Positions 42,510-52,140 of a stretch of 64,000 nucleotides of DNA are shown piece after piece. Source of the stretch: Comamonas sp. SCN 67-35 (GTDB lineage: Bacteria; Pseudomonadota; Gammaproteobacteria; Burkholderiales; Burkholderiaceae_C); the NCBI RefSeq assembly GCF_001725255.1, contig NZ_MEFV01000010.1, positions 5,171 through 69,170 of the forward strand, in the 5' to 3' direction. The notes below the pieces were generated by a model. That model was not told where the DNA came from, made no database searches, and saw nothing but the letters and a program-made list of their open reading frames with translations. A program made the position numbers and the translations under genes. Every line of letters starts with the position of its first letter. Positions within the stretch are counted from its first letter, which is position 1.

Positions 42510-42857
42510 ATGGAAGCCACCATTTACCACAACCCGCGCTGCGGCAATTCGCGCGGCGCTCTGGCCCTGCTGCGCGAGCGCGGCATCGAACCCGTCATCG
42601 TCGACTATCTCGGCCATCCGCTGGACGTGCCCGCGCTCAAGGCGTTGGTGGCGCGCGTCGGCGTGCCCCTGCGCGAGCTGCTGCGCGTCAAGGAGCAGAT
42701 CTACGGCGAACTCGATCTTGGCAACCCCGCGCGTACGCAAGACGAGTTGTACGCCGCGGTCGCAGCGCATCCCGTCCTGCTGAATCGCCCCATCGTCGTC
42801 ACGCCCAAGGGCGCGCTGCTGTGCCGCCCGCCCGAACGCGTGCTGGAGCTGCTGTGA
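42510..42857 (+). CDS. arsC: Arsenate reductase, glutaredoxin-type ArsC family
   Basis: [27 protein letters not shown]; the catalytic Cys/Arg pattern is retained. Confidence 0.88.
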   Translation: MEATIYHNPRCGNSRGALALLRERGIEPVIVDYLGHPLDVPALKALVARVGVPLRELLRVKEQIYGELDLGNPARTQDELYAAVAAHPVLLNRPIVVTPKGALLCRPPERVLELL

Positions 42858-43900
42858 CGGACACGCTCACGATCCGCCGCCCCGACGACTGGCATCTGCA
42901 CGTGCGCGATGGCGCCCAGCTGGCCGCCGTCGTGCCGCACAGCGCGGCGCAGTTCGGCCGCGCCATCATCATGCCCAATCTGCGTCCGCCCGTGACCACC
43001 ACGGCACAGGCGCTGGCGTACAAGGAGCGCATCCTCGCCGCCGTGCCGCCCGGCGTGGCCTTCGAGCCCTTGATGACGCTCTACCTTACCGACACGCTGC
43101 CGGTGCAGGAGATCGCACGCGCCAAGGCGGCGGGCATCGTCGCCTGCAAGCTCTACCCGGCCGGTGCGACGACCCACAGCGACGCGGGCGTCACCGATAT
43201 TCGCAAGATAGCGCCGGTGCTCGAGGCCATGCAGAAGGCGGGCCTGCTGCTGCTCGTGCATGGTGAGGTCACGGACCCCGGGATCGACATCTTCGACCGC
43301 GAGGCCGTGTTCATCGAGCGCCAGCTGATCCCGCTGCGCCAGAGGTTTCCTGCGCTGAAGATCGTCTTCGAGCACATCACCACGCGCGAGGCGGCCCAGT
43401 ACGTGGCCGAAAGTGGCGCCTGCACCGCGGCAACGATCACCGCGCATCACCTGCTCTACAACCGCAATGCCCTCTTCACCGGCGGCTTGCAGCCGCATTA
43501 CTACTGCCTGCCGGTGCTCAAGCGCGAGGTGCACCGCCAGGCGCTGGTGCAGGCGGCCACCGGTGGCAGCCCGAAATTCTTCCTGGGCACCGACAGTGCG
43601 CCGCACCCCGCGCACCTGAAGGAGCACGCGAGCGGCTGTGCCGGCTGCTACACCGCGCATGCGGCCCTCGAGATGTACGCCGAGGCGTTTGATGCCGCGG
43701 GAGCGCTGGACAGGCTGGAGGGCTTTGCCAGCCTGCATGGGCCGGCGTTCTATGGCTTGCCGGTCAATGCGCAAACGGTCACCCTGCACCGCGAGCGCTG
43801 GACGGTTGCCGGGCATTTCGCATTTGGCGACGCTGAGCTCAAGCCGCTGCGGGCGGGCCAGTCGATGGCCTGGCGCCTGGGCTCGTCCCGGGGGCTGTGA
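42854..43900 (+). CDS. pyrC: Dihydroorotase, homodimeric (E. coli type)
   Basis: [51 protein letters not shown] start overlapping the arsC stop. Confidence 0.95.
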   Translation: MTDTLTIRRPDDWHLHVRDGAQLAAVVPHSAAQFGRAIIMPNLRPPVTTTAQALAYKERILAAVPPGVAFEPLMTLYLTDTLPVQEIARAKAAGIVACKLYPAGATTHSDAGVTDIRKIAPVLEAMQKAGLLLLVHGEVTDPGIDIFDREAVFIERQLIPLRQRFPALKIVFEHITTREAAQYVAESGACTAATITAHHLLYNRNALFTGGLQPHYYCLPVLKREVHRQALVQAATGGSPKFFLGTDSAPHPAHLKEHASGCAGCYTAHAALEMYAEAFDAAGALDRLEGFASLHGPAFYGLPVNAQTVTLHRERWTVAGHFAFGDAELKPLRAGQSMAWRLGSSRGL

Positions 43901-44097
43901 GCGGCTTGCCTGTCGGCAGGGTCATGCATATATTGCATAACCAAGGGCAAACCCGATAAGGGCGGAGCAAGACCCGCAGGCCGTACCGTGCACAATACCC
44001 GCTTCTGCTGTTTCGCCGTTGGCGTGAGCGGCTGCCCCACGGCGGCCGCATTCATGGGCGGCATGACAATTCACCTCAATTTTCAGGAGTGATACCT

Positions 44098-44994
44098 ATG
44101 AAGAAACTGTTGCTTGCCGCAGCCGTGACCTTCCTGGCCACCGGTGCCGCATTTGCACAGGCGACCGACACCTTGGCCAAGATCAGTGAACGCGGTGCCG
44201 TCAATCTTGGGGTGCGCGATTCGTCGGGTCTGGCGTTCACGCTCGGTGGCGGCAAGTACGTCGGTTTTCACACCGAGATGGCCGAGCGCATCATCGATGA
44301 CATCAGCAAGCAGCTGGGCAAGCCGCTGAAGATCAACTACCAGGTCATCACCTCGCAAAACCGCATTCCGCTGATCCAGAACGGCACCATCGACTTCGAG
44401 TGCGGCTCGACCACCAACAGCCGCGCGCGCCAGAAGGACGTGGATTTCGCCTACACCACCTATGTGGAAGAAGTGCGTATGGCGGTCAACAAGAAGTCCG
44501 GCATCCATTCGGTCAAGGATCTGAATGGCAAGACCGTGGCCACCACCACCGGCACCACCAGCGTGCAGACGCTGCGCAAGAACGAGCGTGCCCAGGGCAT
44601 CGACTTCAAGACCGTGCAGGGCAAGGACCACGCCGACAGCTTCCTGCTGCTGGAGGCGGGCCGCGCCGATGCGTTCGTGATGGACGGCTCGATCCTGGCA
44701 GCCAACATCGCCAAGGCCAAGAACGCGAAGGACTTTGAAATCGTCGGCGAAACCCTCTCGGTTGAGCCGATCGCCTGCATGTTGCCCAAGGGCGACGAGA
44801 AGCTGAAGAAGGCCGTTGACGATTCCATCGTGCGCCAAATCAAGGACGGGTCCCTCGCCAAGCTGTACGACAAGTGGTTCATGCAGCCGATCCCGCCCAA
44901 CAACGTCAACATGAACATGCCGGCGTCCGAGAGCACCAAGAACGCGTGGGCGCATCCCAACGACAAGCCGATGGAAGACTACGGCAACAAGTGA
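44098..44994 (+). CDS. gltI: Glutamate/aspartate ABC substrate-binding protein
   Basis: Signal peptide, SQNRIPL, DFECGSTTN, TTGTTS, AFVMD, LYDKWF. Confidence 0.88.
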   Translation: MKKLLLAAAVTFLATGAAFAQATDTLAKISERGAVNLGVRDSSGLAFTLGGGKYVGFHTEMAERIIDDISKQLGKPLKINYQVITSQNRIPLIQNGTIDFECGSTTNSRARQKDVDFAYTTYVEEVRMAVNKKSGIHSVKDLNGKTVATTTGTTSVQTLRKNERAQGIDFKTVQGKDHADSFLLLEAGRADAFVMDGSILAANIAKAKNAKDFEIVGETLSVEPIACMLPKGDEKLKKAVDDSIVRQIKDGSLAKLYDKWFMQPIPPNNVNMNMPASESTKNAWAHPNDKPMEDYGNK

Positions 44995-45025
44995 TCACGT
45001 TTGAGACGCTCGCGGGATGAGCCCC

Positions 45026-45046
45026 GGGAGACTCCGAGAGTCTCCC
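45026..45046 (+). other. Hairpin in the gltI 3' region
   Basis: GGGAGACTC-cga-GAGTCTCCC. Confidence 0.6.
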
Positions 45047-45186
45047 CCTGTGTCCGTTCTGCGCGTCAAGACTGCCCCTTGCGCATCCGTTGCAGCCGCG
45101 TGCTCATGCCGCGACTGCGCCTTGCGTCTTGATCGAGGCCGTTTTGATGCCCCTTTCAGGCACGGAGAAGAAACTCTCGACCCCTG

Positions 45187-45217
45187 AAACGCCCACTTGA
45201 GTTCAAGTGGGCGTTTT
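45187..45217 (+). terminator. Internal intrinsic terminator between gltI and gltJ
   Basis: AAACGCCCACTT-gagttc-AAGTGGGCGTTT followed by T; A/T-flanked stem. Confidence 0.75.
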
Positions 45218-45259
45218 GGTTAACAGGACTCACGCGCGCTGGGCGAGCACAGGAGGAGG

Positions 45260-46024
45260 ATGACCATGGCAATGGATTGGGTGGTGTTCTGCAAGGACAC
45301 CTTGAGCGGTGATGTCATGCCGGGCTGCTTTGGCCATGGGCGCGACATCACCTATCTGGACTGGCTGTTCTCGGCCTGGGGCTGGACGGTATCGGTCTCG
45401 CTCACCGCCCTGGCCGTGGCTTTGATCACGGGCTCCATCATCGGCGTCATCCGCACCCTGCCGGGCAGCCCCTGGCTGACGCGCCTGGGCAATGCCTGGG
45501 TCGAGCTGTTTCGCAACATTCCGCTGCTGGTGCAGATCTTCCTGTGGTATTTCGTCGTGCCGGCGCTGGTGCCGCCGATGAAGAACTTCCCGCCCTTCAT
45601 CCTGGTGGTGCTGGCGCTGGGCCTGTTCACCTCGGCGCGCATCGCCGAGCAGGTGCGCGCCGGCATCCAGGCGCTGCCCAAGGGCCAGCGTTACGCCGGC
45701 ATGGCGCTGGGCTTCACCACGCCGCAGTATTACCGCTACGTGCTGCTGCCCATGGCCTACCGCATCATCATCCCGCCGCTCACCAGCGAATCGATGAACA
45801 TCTTCAAGAACTCGGCCGTGGCGTTTGCCGTCTCCATTCCCGAACTGACGCAATACGCGCTGCAGGTAGGCGAGGAGACGGCCCGCCCCATCGAGGTCTA
45901 TCTGGCGGTCACGGTGCTCTACGCCATCTCGGCGCTGGTGGTCAATCGCGTGTTCGCCTGGATCGAGAAGCGTGCCCGCGTGCCGGGTTTCGTCGCCGCC
46001 GGTACCGGCGCAGGGGGGCATTGA
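45260..46024 (+). CDS. gltJ: Glu/Asp ABC permease
   Basis: VELFRNIPLLVQ, SARIAEQVRAGIQ, KNSAVA. Confidence 0.9.
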   Translation: MTMAMDWVVFCKDTLSGDVMPGCFGHGRDITYLDWLFSAWGWTVSVSLTALAVALITGSIIGVIRTLPGSPWLTRLGNAWVELFRNIPLLVQIFLWYFVVPALVPPMKNFPPFILVVLALGLFTSARIAEQVRAGIQALPKGQRYAGMALGFTTPQYYRYVLLPMAYRIIIPPLTSESMNIFKNSAVAFAVSIPELTQYALQVGEETARPIEVYLAVTVLYAISALVVNRVFAWIEKRARVPGFVAAGTGAGGH

Positions 46025-46025
46025 G

Positions 46026-46694
46026 ATGTTGAATCTGGACTTCTCGATTCTCAACTGGAGCCTGATCCAGAACTTCATCCTCAAGGGGCTGTGGTTCAGC
46101 ATCGTCCTGACCGCGGTGGCCACGGCTGGCGGCGTGTTCTTCGGCACCTTGCTGGCGTTGATGCGCCTGTCGGGCACGAAGTGGCTGGGCGTGCCGGCGG
46201 CGCTGTACGTGAACGTCATGCGTTCGGTGCCGCTGGTGATGGTGATCCTGTGGTTCTTCCTGCTGGTGCCGCTGCTCATCGGGCGTCCGATAGGCGCGGA
46301 GTATTCGGCGGTCGTCACCTTCATTGCCTTCGAGGCCGCGTACTTCAGCGAGATCATGCGCGCCGGTATCCAGTCGATCCCGCGCGGCCAGGTGTTCGCC
46401 GGCCAGGCGCTGGGCATGAGCTACCGGCAGAACATGCAGCTCGTGATCCTGCCGCAGGCCTTTCGCAACATGCTGCCGGTGCTGCTCACGCAGACCATCA
46501 TCCTGTTCCAGGACACCTCGCTGGTGTATGCCATCGGCGCCTACGACCTGCTCAAGGGCTTCGAGACCGCGGGCAAGAACTTTGGCCGCCCGATCGAGAC
46601 CTACCTGATGGCCGCCGTGACCTACTTCGTCATCAGCTACACGCTCTCGACCGTGGTCAAGGGCATCAACAAGAAAATCGCCATCATTCGCTGA
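46026..46694 (+). CDS. gltK: Glu/Asp ABC permease
   Basis: [32 protein letters not shown]. Start at ATG 46026. Confidence 0.9.
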   Translation: MLNLDFSILNWSLIQNFILKGLWFSIVLTAVATAGGVFFGTLLALMRLSGTKWLGVPAALYVNVMRSVPLVMVILWFFLLVPLLIGRPIGAEYSAVVTFIAFEAAYFSEIMRAGIQSIPRGQVFAGQALGMSYRQNMQLVILPQAFRNMLPVLLTQTIILFQDTSLVYAIGAYDLLKGFETAGKNFGRPIETYLMAAVTYFVISYTLSTVVKGINKKIAIIR

Positions 46695-46713
46695 TCCACC
46701 GGAGCAAAGCCCC

Positions 46714-47463
46714 ATGGCTGAAAACATGATTCAACTGAAGAACGTCTCCAAGTGGTACGGAGCCGTGCAGGTGCTCGACAACTGCAACCTGAGCGTCGAC
46801 AAGGGTGACGTGGTGGTGGTGTGCGGACCCTCGGGTTCGGGCAAATCCACGCTGATCAAGACCATCAATGCGCTGGAGCCGGTGCAAAAGGGCGAGATCG
46901 TCGTCAATGGCACCAAGGTGACCGATCCGGCCACCAATCTGCCCAAGCTGCGCAGCAAGGTCGGCATGGTGTTTCAGCATTTCGAGCTGTTTCCGCACCT
47001 GTCGGTGTCCGAGAACCTCACGATCGCACAGATCAAGGTGCTGGGGCGCAAGCGCGACGAAGCCAGGACGCGGGGTCTGAAAATGCTCGATCGCGTGGGT
47101 CTGATGGCGCACAAGGACAAGTACCCGGGCCAGCTCTCGGGTGGCCAGCAGCAGCGCGTGGCCATCGCGCGTGCGCTGTCGATGGACCCGATCGTGATGC
47201 TGTTCGACGAGCCCACCTCGGCGCTCGACCCCGAGATGGTGGGCGAGGTGCTCGATGTGATGGTCAAGCTCGCGAGCGAAGGCATGACCATGATGGTGGT
47301 CACGCACGAGATGGGCTTCGCCCGCAAGGTCGCCAGCCGCGTGATCTTCATCGACGTGGGTGGTCACATTCTGGAAGACTGCAGCAAGGACGAGTTCTTC
47401 GGTCACCCCGAGAACCGCCAGCCGCGCACCAAGGACTTTCTGAGCAAGATCCTGCAGGGATAA
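46714..47463 (+). CDS. gltL: Glu/Asp ABC ATPase
   Basis: [40 protein letters not shown]. Confidence 0.92.
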   Translation: MAENMIQLKNVSKWYGAVQVLDNCNLSVDKGDVVVVCGPSGSGKSTLIKTINALEPVQKGEIVVNGTKVTDPATNLPKLRSKVGMVFQHFELFPHLSVSENLTIAQIKVLGRKRDEARTRGLKMLDRVGLMAHKDKYPGQLSGGQQQRVAIARALSMDPIVMLFDEPTSALDPEMVGEVLDVMVKLASEGMTMMVVTHEMGFARKVASRVIFIDVGGHILEDCSKDEFFGHPENRQPRTKDFLSKILQG

Positions 47464-47474
47464 TTGCTCCTGAA

Positions 47475-47528
47475 GGAAGAGCTGTTAGCGCTTACTGGAT
47501 AAGGGTTAGAGTCCGTTTTTGTTCAGAA
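47475..47528 (+). repeat. REP-like element copy 6, overlapping the HAD gene 3' end
   Basis: GGAAGAGCTGTTAGCGCTTACTGGATAAGGGTTAGAGTCCGTTTTTGTTCAGAA. Confidence 0.7.
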
Positions 47529-48300
47529 TTTTGCGTGCCAGCTCGGCAAACCCCGCACCGCGCTCGCCCTGTGTCACGTAGCGCGGCGGGTGCCTGAGTT
47601 GCGGCAAAAAGGGCGCGATGTTGGCCACCCCCACGCTGTGCGGGAAGTGCTCGAACATCAGCTCGTCGTTGGTCGAGTCGCCCACGTAGATCCAGTGATC
47701 GAGCTCGGCATCCAGATCGCGTCCGAACAGCTCGCGCACGATCCAGCGCGCGCCCTGCAGCTTGTTGTGCTCGCCAAACCAGCCGTTGATGTGGATGCTG
47801 CTCACCGTCGCGTTCATCCCCGCTTCGCGCATGATCGCGACACACCGATCGATCGCCTCCTGCGGCAGATGCGTGAATTCGCCGTGGTCGATGGCGATGT
47901 CGCACTCGCGGCCGGCTGAGTCGCGCGCTCGGTGCGCGCCAGGCACCTCGCGCTCGATGCGCGCCAGGACGTGCTGCATGGCTGCAAAGTTGGCGCTGCG
48001 TTCGGCAGGGCTTTGTTGATAGATCTTCTGCGGCGTGCCACCACTGCCCGGCACCAGAGCGCAAGCGCCGTTTTCGGCCACGATCGCATCCACGGGCCAG
48101 GTGCTGGCAAACGGCTCGCTCCAGCCCACGGGTCGCCCGGTGATCGGGATAAGGTGCAGACCGGCATGCGCGAGATCGGCGAGTGCAGTCAGCGCATCGG
48201 GCGTAATGGTGCCCTCAGTGGTCAGGGTGTCGTCGATGTCGGTGAGAATGCCGGTGGCCTGGGTCCGAGCACCGTGCGGCAATGCATCCAGCGCCTGCAT
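47506..48300 (-). CDS. HAD-IIB family hydrolase/phosphatase
   Basis: TDIDDTLT (DxD), ITGRP, SSIHIN, YVGDSTND. The ATG overlaps the GT2 stop. Confidence 0.88.
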   Translation of the reverse strand: MQALDALPHGARTQATGILTDIDDTLTTEGTITPDALTALADLAHAGLHLIPITGRPVGWSEPFASTWPVDAIVAENGACALVPGSGGTPQKIYQQSPAERSANFAAMQHVLARIEREVPGAHRARDSAGRECDIAIDHGEFTHLPQEAIDRCVAIMREAGMNATVSSIHINGWFGEHNKLQGARWIVRELFGRDLDAELDHWIYVGDSTNDELMFEHFPHSVGVANIAPFLPQLRHPPRYVTQGERGAGFAELARKILNKNGL

Positions 48301-49253
48301 CACGCGTCCGGCTCGGCAGACAGCGGTTCGGTCGGCACGTTGCCGACGTCATGATGCAGGAACGCGATCAGGAACTGGATACCGATCAGCAGCGGCAGCG
48401 CGGCCAACATCACCGTGCCGCTGGACGCCGGCCGCCCCGTGGTGATGCTGTGGACCCACTGGCCGATACCGAACATCAGCCCCAGCGTGGTGAGCACCGC
48501 CCCGGCCAGGCTGTAGACGCTACCCAGGTTGAAGTCGCGCACCAGGTACACGTAGACGTAACGCTTGAAGAAGCGCTTGATGTGCTTGGCCAAGAACTCG
48601 GGCAGCACGCTCGACACCTTCAGGTTGGACTGCTCGTCGGCATACACCGCGTCCATCGGCACGTCGTGCACCACAGCGCGGATGACGTTCAGGCGGTAAA
48701 GCATGTCGCTCTCGAAGAAATAGCGACGCTCGATCTTCTCCAGAGGCAGTTCGCGCAGCGCGGCGGCATGGATCGCGGTGTAGCCGTTGGTCGGGTCCAT
48801 GATCGGCCAGTAGCCCGAGCTGAGCTTGGTGATGAACGACAGCATGGCATTGCCGAACAGGCGCAGGCGCGGCATGCCGCGCAGCGACTCGGGCCGGTAA
48901 AAGCGGTTGCCCTTGGTGTAGTCGGCCTTGCCGCGCGCGATGGGCCGAATAAACTTGGGAATCAGCGTCGGGTTCATTTGCCCGTCGCCGTCGATCTTCA
49001 CCACCACGTCCATACCTTCGGCCAATGCAGCCCGGTAGGCCGTGACCACCGCGCCGCCCACGCCCTGGTTTTGTTCGTGGAACAGCACACGCACGCGCGG
49101 ATCGCGGTTGTTCGCCTCGATGAAGCGGCCGCTGCCTTCGGGGCAGGCGTCGTCCACAGCGTAGATGGTCTCGACCTCGGGCCCGATGGCGGCGATCACG
49201 TCCAGCACGTGCTGCGTGACCTTGTAGCAGGGGATGGCAACAGCGATGCGCAT
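48300..49253 (-). CDS. GT2 family polyprenol-phosphate glycosyltransferase (DPM1/GtrB-like) with 2 C-terminal TM helices
   Basis: IPCY, VDDAC, NQGVGGA, KIDGDGQM (DxD), KGNRF, DPTNGY, FESDML. Confidence 0.87.
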   Translation of the reverse strand: MRIAVAIPCYKVTQHVLDVIAAIGPEVETIYAVDDACPEGSGRFIEANNRDPRVRVLFHEQNQGVGGAVVTAYRAALAEGMDVVVKIDGDGQMNPTLIPKFIRPIARGKADYTKGNRFYRPESLRGMPRLRLFGNAMLSFITKLSSGYWPIMDPTNGYTAIHAAALRELPLEKIERRYFFESDMLYRLNVIRAVVHDVPMDAVYADEQSNLKVSSVLPEFLAKHIKRFFKRYVYVYLVRDFNLGSVYSLAGAVLTTLGLMFGIGQWVHSITTGRPASSGTVMLAALPLLIGIQFLIAFLHHDVGNVPTEPLSAEPDA

Positions 49254-49267
49254 GGGGCTCCCGGTCC

Positions 49268-49615
49268 TCAACTGGTCGAGGCCAGCGCCACGCCAGCCAT
49301 GATCAAGGCGCCGCCAGCGAGCGTGCGCCAGTGCAACGGTTCACCCAGAAACAGCCAGGCCAGCGTCGGCACGATCAGGAACGCCAGGCCCATGAATGGG
49401 TAGGCCAGGTGCAGCGGCGCGTGGCGAAGGATCCAGACCCAACCGAGCGTGGTGAGGCCATACAAGGCCAATGAGGCGATCAGCCAGCCGTTGGTGAGCA
49501 GCGCCATCAGCGACAGCGTCTCGGGTAGGGTGGATGCGGCTTTCTTGAACAGCAGTTGGCCGATGGCAATGCAGAAGACGCAGACCAAGGTGCTAAGGGT
49601 AAGTAGGGAGGTCAT
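49268..49615 (-). CDS. Small 4-TM EamA/SMR-type protein (ArnE/ArnF-like flippase candidate)
   Basis: 115 aa; GQLLFK, LYGLTTLGWVWILR, PLHLAYPFMGL, LFLGEP, G..LIMAGV. Start at ATG 49615. Confidence 0.78.
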   Translation of the reverse strand: MTSLLTLSTLVCVFCIAIGQLLFKKAASTLPETLSLMALLTNGWLIASLALYGLTTLGWVWILRHAPLHLAYPFMGLAFLIVPTLAWLFLGEPLHWRTLAGGALIMAGVALASTS

Positions 49616-49679
49616 GGTGGCTGCGGGATTGTAGCGAGCCCTAAAATTTCGCAAATTCGAGGTATCTGGGGAGGTTTTT

Positions 49680-52100
49680 GTGCGTGTGCTGTTAAGTTGG
49701 ATTTTGGTGGCGTTGAGCATGCTGGGAGCGATTTCTGCAGGGGCAAGTCCGCAGGAAAGGGTGGGATATGTCAATCGGGTAGAGGTGGTCGGGGGGGGTA
49801 AATCTACTCACTTGCTTGTCCATGCCACTTGGCATGTTGCTGATGTAGAGCCGGTGTTATCGCTTGAAGATGGCGAAGTGCGAAATATTCGCCGTTTGGA
49901 GCGAGGAGCGATTGATTTCGAGTTGCACGCTCCAAGATTTACCAAGGGAGGCTTTTTCAGGTTGAACATTGATGCTCAAGTCAATGGGCATCGAGAGCAC
50001 CTCCTACTGGAGAATGGCGAGCTACCTACGGTGCATATTAAAGTAAAAAATAGTCGACACAGAGTCATTTTTTTAATAATTGCGCTGACTGTGTTGTTGG
50101 CATGCACATCTTGGTTTGCTTCTTGTTGTGCCAAGCTGGGACAGCGCGTAGAACAGCACAGACAGGCTGTGGCGTGGACGATTTTTGGTGTGTTCTTGAT
50201 CTTGGTCGCTGCGGGCTGGACAGGTAGTTCCTGGCAAATTTTCGCCAAAAGTCCTGCAGGTCAGTCATTTTTGAATGTAGAAGGCAGTACTTGGCAAATT
50301 AGATCACCGGCATCGGATCGAGGTGATGAATGGGGTGTTATCACTCCAGCTGCGTTGGCTCAGCTGAACCATGACCCCCAGTTTCCCATTGTCAATGACA
50401 ATCTTGGTCTAGATGGACAGAACATGGGCGTAATCGGCATGTTCGGCGTGCCTATCCGGCAGTGGGCTGCATTGGCTCGACCTGCTACCTGGGGTTATTT
50501 TGTTTTGCCGCAGCGAAATGCGATGAGTTGGCAATGGCAAATTCAATTCTGGGGCGCCCTAATGGCGCTGTGGTGGTTTTTGAACACGCTGCGCCGCGCT
50601 CAGTCAGGCCGGAATTTGGCCTTGTCTTTGAGTTTTTGCATGGTGCCGTATGCGGCGGGCTGGTCGAATTGGTCGCTGTATGCCACTTTGTTTCCCGTGT
50701 TGGCTTTTTGCCTGGGTGCTCAAGTACTGTACCAACGCAAAGCTTGGTTGGGAGCGTTTCTGGGATGCTGCTTGGGGTGGGCACTTGCTGCGTGGGTGTT
50801 GGTGCTGTATCCACCTTGGATGGTCATTGTGGGTAGCTTGTGTACTTTGCTCTTTGTGGGATGGGTGCTGGATAATCGCCAGCATTTGACTTGGGGGAAA
50901 GCACAATGGTTGGCCTTGGCCGGTTGTGTGGCAGTCGCGGGCTCTTTGCTGTTCAGTTGGTGGATGGATACTCGTGAAGCGGTGGTCCAGATGAGGGATA
51001 CCGTTTACCCCGGCGGGCGGCAATTGACGCAGGGAGGAGGAGCGTCTCTGCATTGGTTCCTACGTGGGTATTTTGGGTTGGAGGTTTTTGCCGACGGAAT
51101 TGGTCCAGCATCTAATAAACCTGAAGCGAGTTCTTATTTTTTCGTGCCGTTGGCCATGGTTGCCACGTTGTTGGCGGGCTGCTGGAGAAGCATTTCAAGC
51201 AAAGCAACCTGGGTAGGTCTAACCGCATTTGTAGCAGCCTACGGTATTTACACTTTTGTCGGGTTTCCGCTTTGGTTGGCTAAAGTCAGCAAATGGGGTG
51301 TTATGACTACCAACCGAATGGACGTCGGTCTTGGATTGGCATTCATTGTGCTGCTCGCGTTGTGGCAGCGAAAGGATGCTGTCCCGAGAGCACAATTCCA
51401 GAAAATTAACCGAATAGGAACGTTGGGCCTTGCGGCCGGGAGTGCTGGACTGGCTTGGTGGGTAGTGGCATCGATTGTGCCGGACCTGATGCCGAATAAT
51501 TCGATTTATTATCGTGCTGCCATCTCTTTAGCCTGTGGCGCACTGGCTTGGTGGCTTTGGCAAGGTCGTGTTTTTGCTGTTGTGTGCCTGTTGCTGTTGA
51601 TTGGATTTGGCGCGGCACTTGGATACAATCCTATCTCTAAAGCACCCAAGTCGATTCAATTGGCAAAAGAGGTGGTTCCGTTTGTTCAGAAAAATAGCGC
51701 TGGTTTGGCGCGAACCTTGGTGATTGATGCCGATGCGTTACCTGGGGCAACACTGGCTGCGGTGAACGTTCCCGTTCTGAACGGCATTCTCTATTACCCC
51801 CATGCGTCGATGTGGAAGGCTATGCAATTACCAGAGTCCATGTGGCCAACTGTCAATCGTTACCAGCATCTCGCGTTTGTTGCAGATGGCCGTGAATTGC
51901 CGGCACCTTATTACACGGTGGAGGCTCCGCGTATGGATGCCGTGACAGTGCACATCGATATTGTCAACTTTGATTTCCGTATCTTAGGCGCGGAGCGTGT
52001 GGCTGTTCACCGAAACAATGCTGATGTTGTTGCCAAAAGTCCAAGGTTGAAACGCTTGGGTGAATTTCGGCAGTATGTATGGTTTGAGGTATTGCCATGA
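49680..52100 (+). CDS. Large polytopic membrane protein, putative GT-C-fold glycosyltransferase (low GC)
   Basis: 806 aa with many hydrophobic segments; acidic pair in the first extracytoplasmic loop (RGDEWGVITP); C-terminal soluble domain (LNGILYYP, NRYQH); GTG start. Function is inferred from architecture and neighbours. Confidence 0.65.
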   Translation: MRVLLSWILVALSMLGAISAGASPQERVGYVNRVEVVGGGKSTHLLVHATWHVADVEPVLSLEDGEVRNIRRLERGAIDFELHAPRFTKGGFFRLNIDAQVNGHREHLLLENGELPTVHIKVKNSRHRVIFLIIALTVLLACTSWFASCCAKLGQRVEQHRQAVAWTIFGVFLILVAAGWTGSSWQIFAKSPAGQSFLNVEGSTWQIRSPASDRGDEWGVITPAALAQLNHDPQFPIVNDNLGLDGQNMGVIGMFGVPIRQWAALARPATWGYFVLPQRNAMSWQWQIQFWGALMALWWFLNTLRRAQSGRNLALSLSFCMVPYAAGWSNWSLYATLFPVLAFCLGAQVLYQRKAWLGAFLGCCLGWALAAWVLVLYPPWMVIVGSLCTLLFVGWVLDNRQHLTWGKAQWLALAGCVAVAGSLLFSWWMDTREAVVQMRDTVYPGGRQLTQGGGASLHWFLRGYFGLEVFADGIGPASNKPEASSYFFVPLAMVATLLAGCWRSISSKATWVGLTAFVAAYGIYTFVGFPLWLAKVSKWGVMTTNRMDVGLGLAFIVLLALWQRKDAVPRAQFQKINRIGTLGLAAGSAGLAWWVVASIVPDLMPNNSIYYRAAISLACGALAWWLWQGRVFAVVCLLLLIGFGAALGYNPISKAPKSIQLAKEVVPFVQKNSAGLARTLVIDADALPGATLAAVNVPVLNGILYYPHASMWKAMQLPESMWPTVNRYQHLAFVADGRELPAPYYTVEAPRMDAVTVHIDIVNFDFRILGAERVAVHRNNADVVAKSPRLKRLGEFRQYVWFEVLP

Positions 52101-52140
52101 GCAGCTATGGCGCAACTCGAGTGCGTCATACCTGTCCTGT

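Noticed and set aside
28801-43955. GGG(T/C)AA(T/A)CC-like motifs upstream of pilG (28801) and gltI (about 43944)
   Set aside because: Short, with only two imperfect instances, so not distinguishable from chance without a genome-wide scan.
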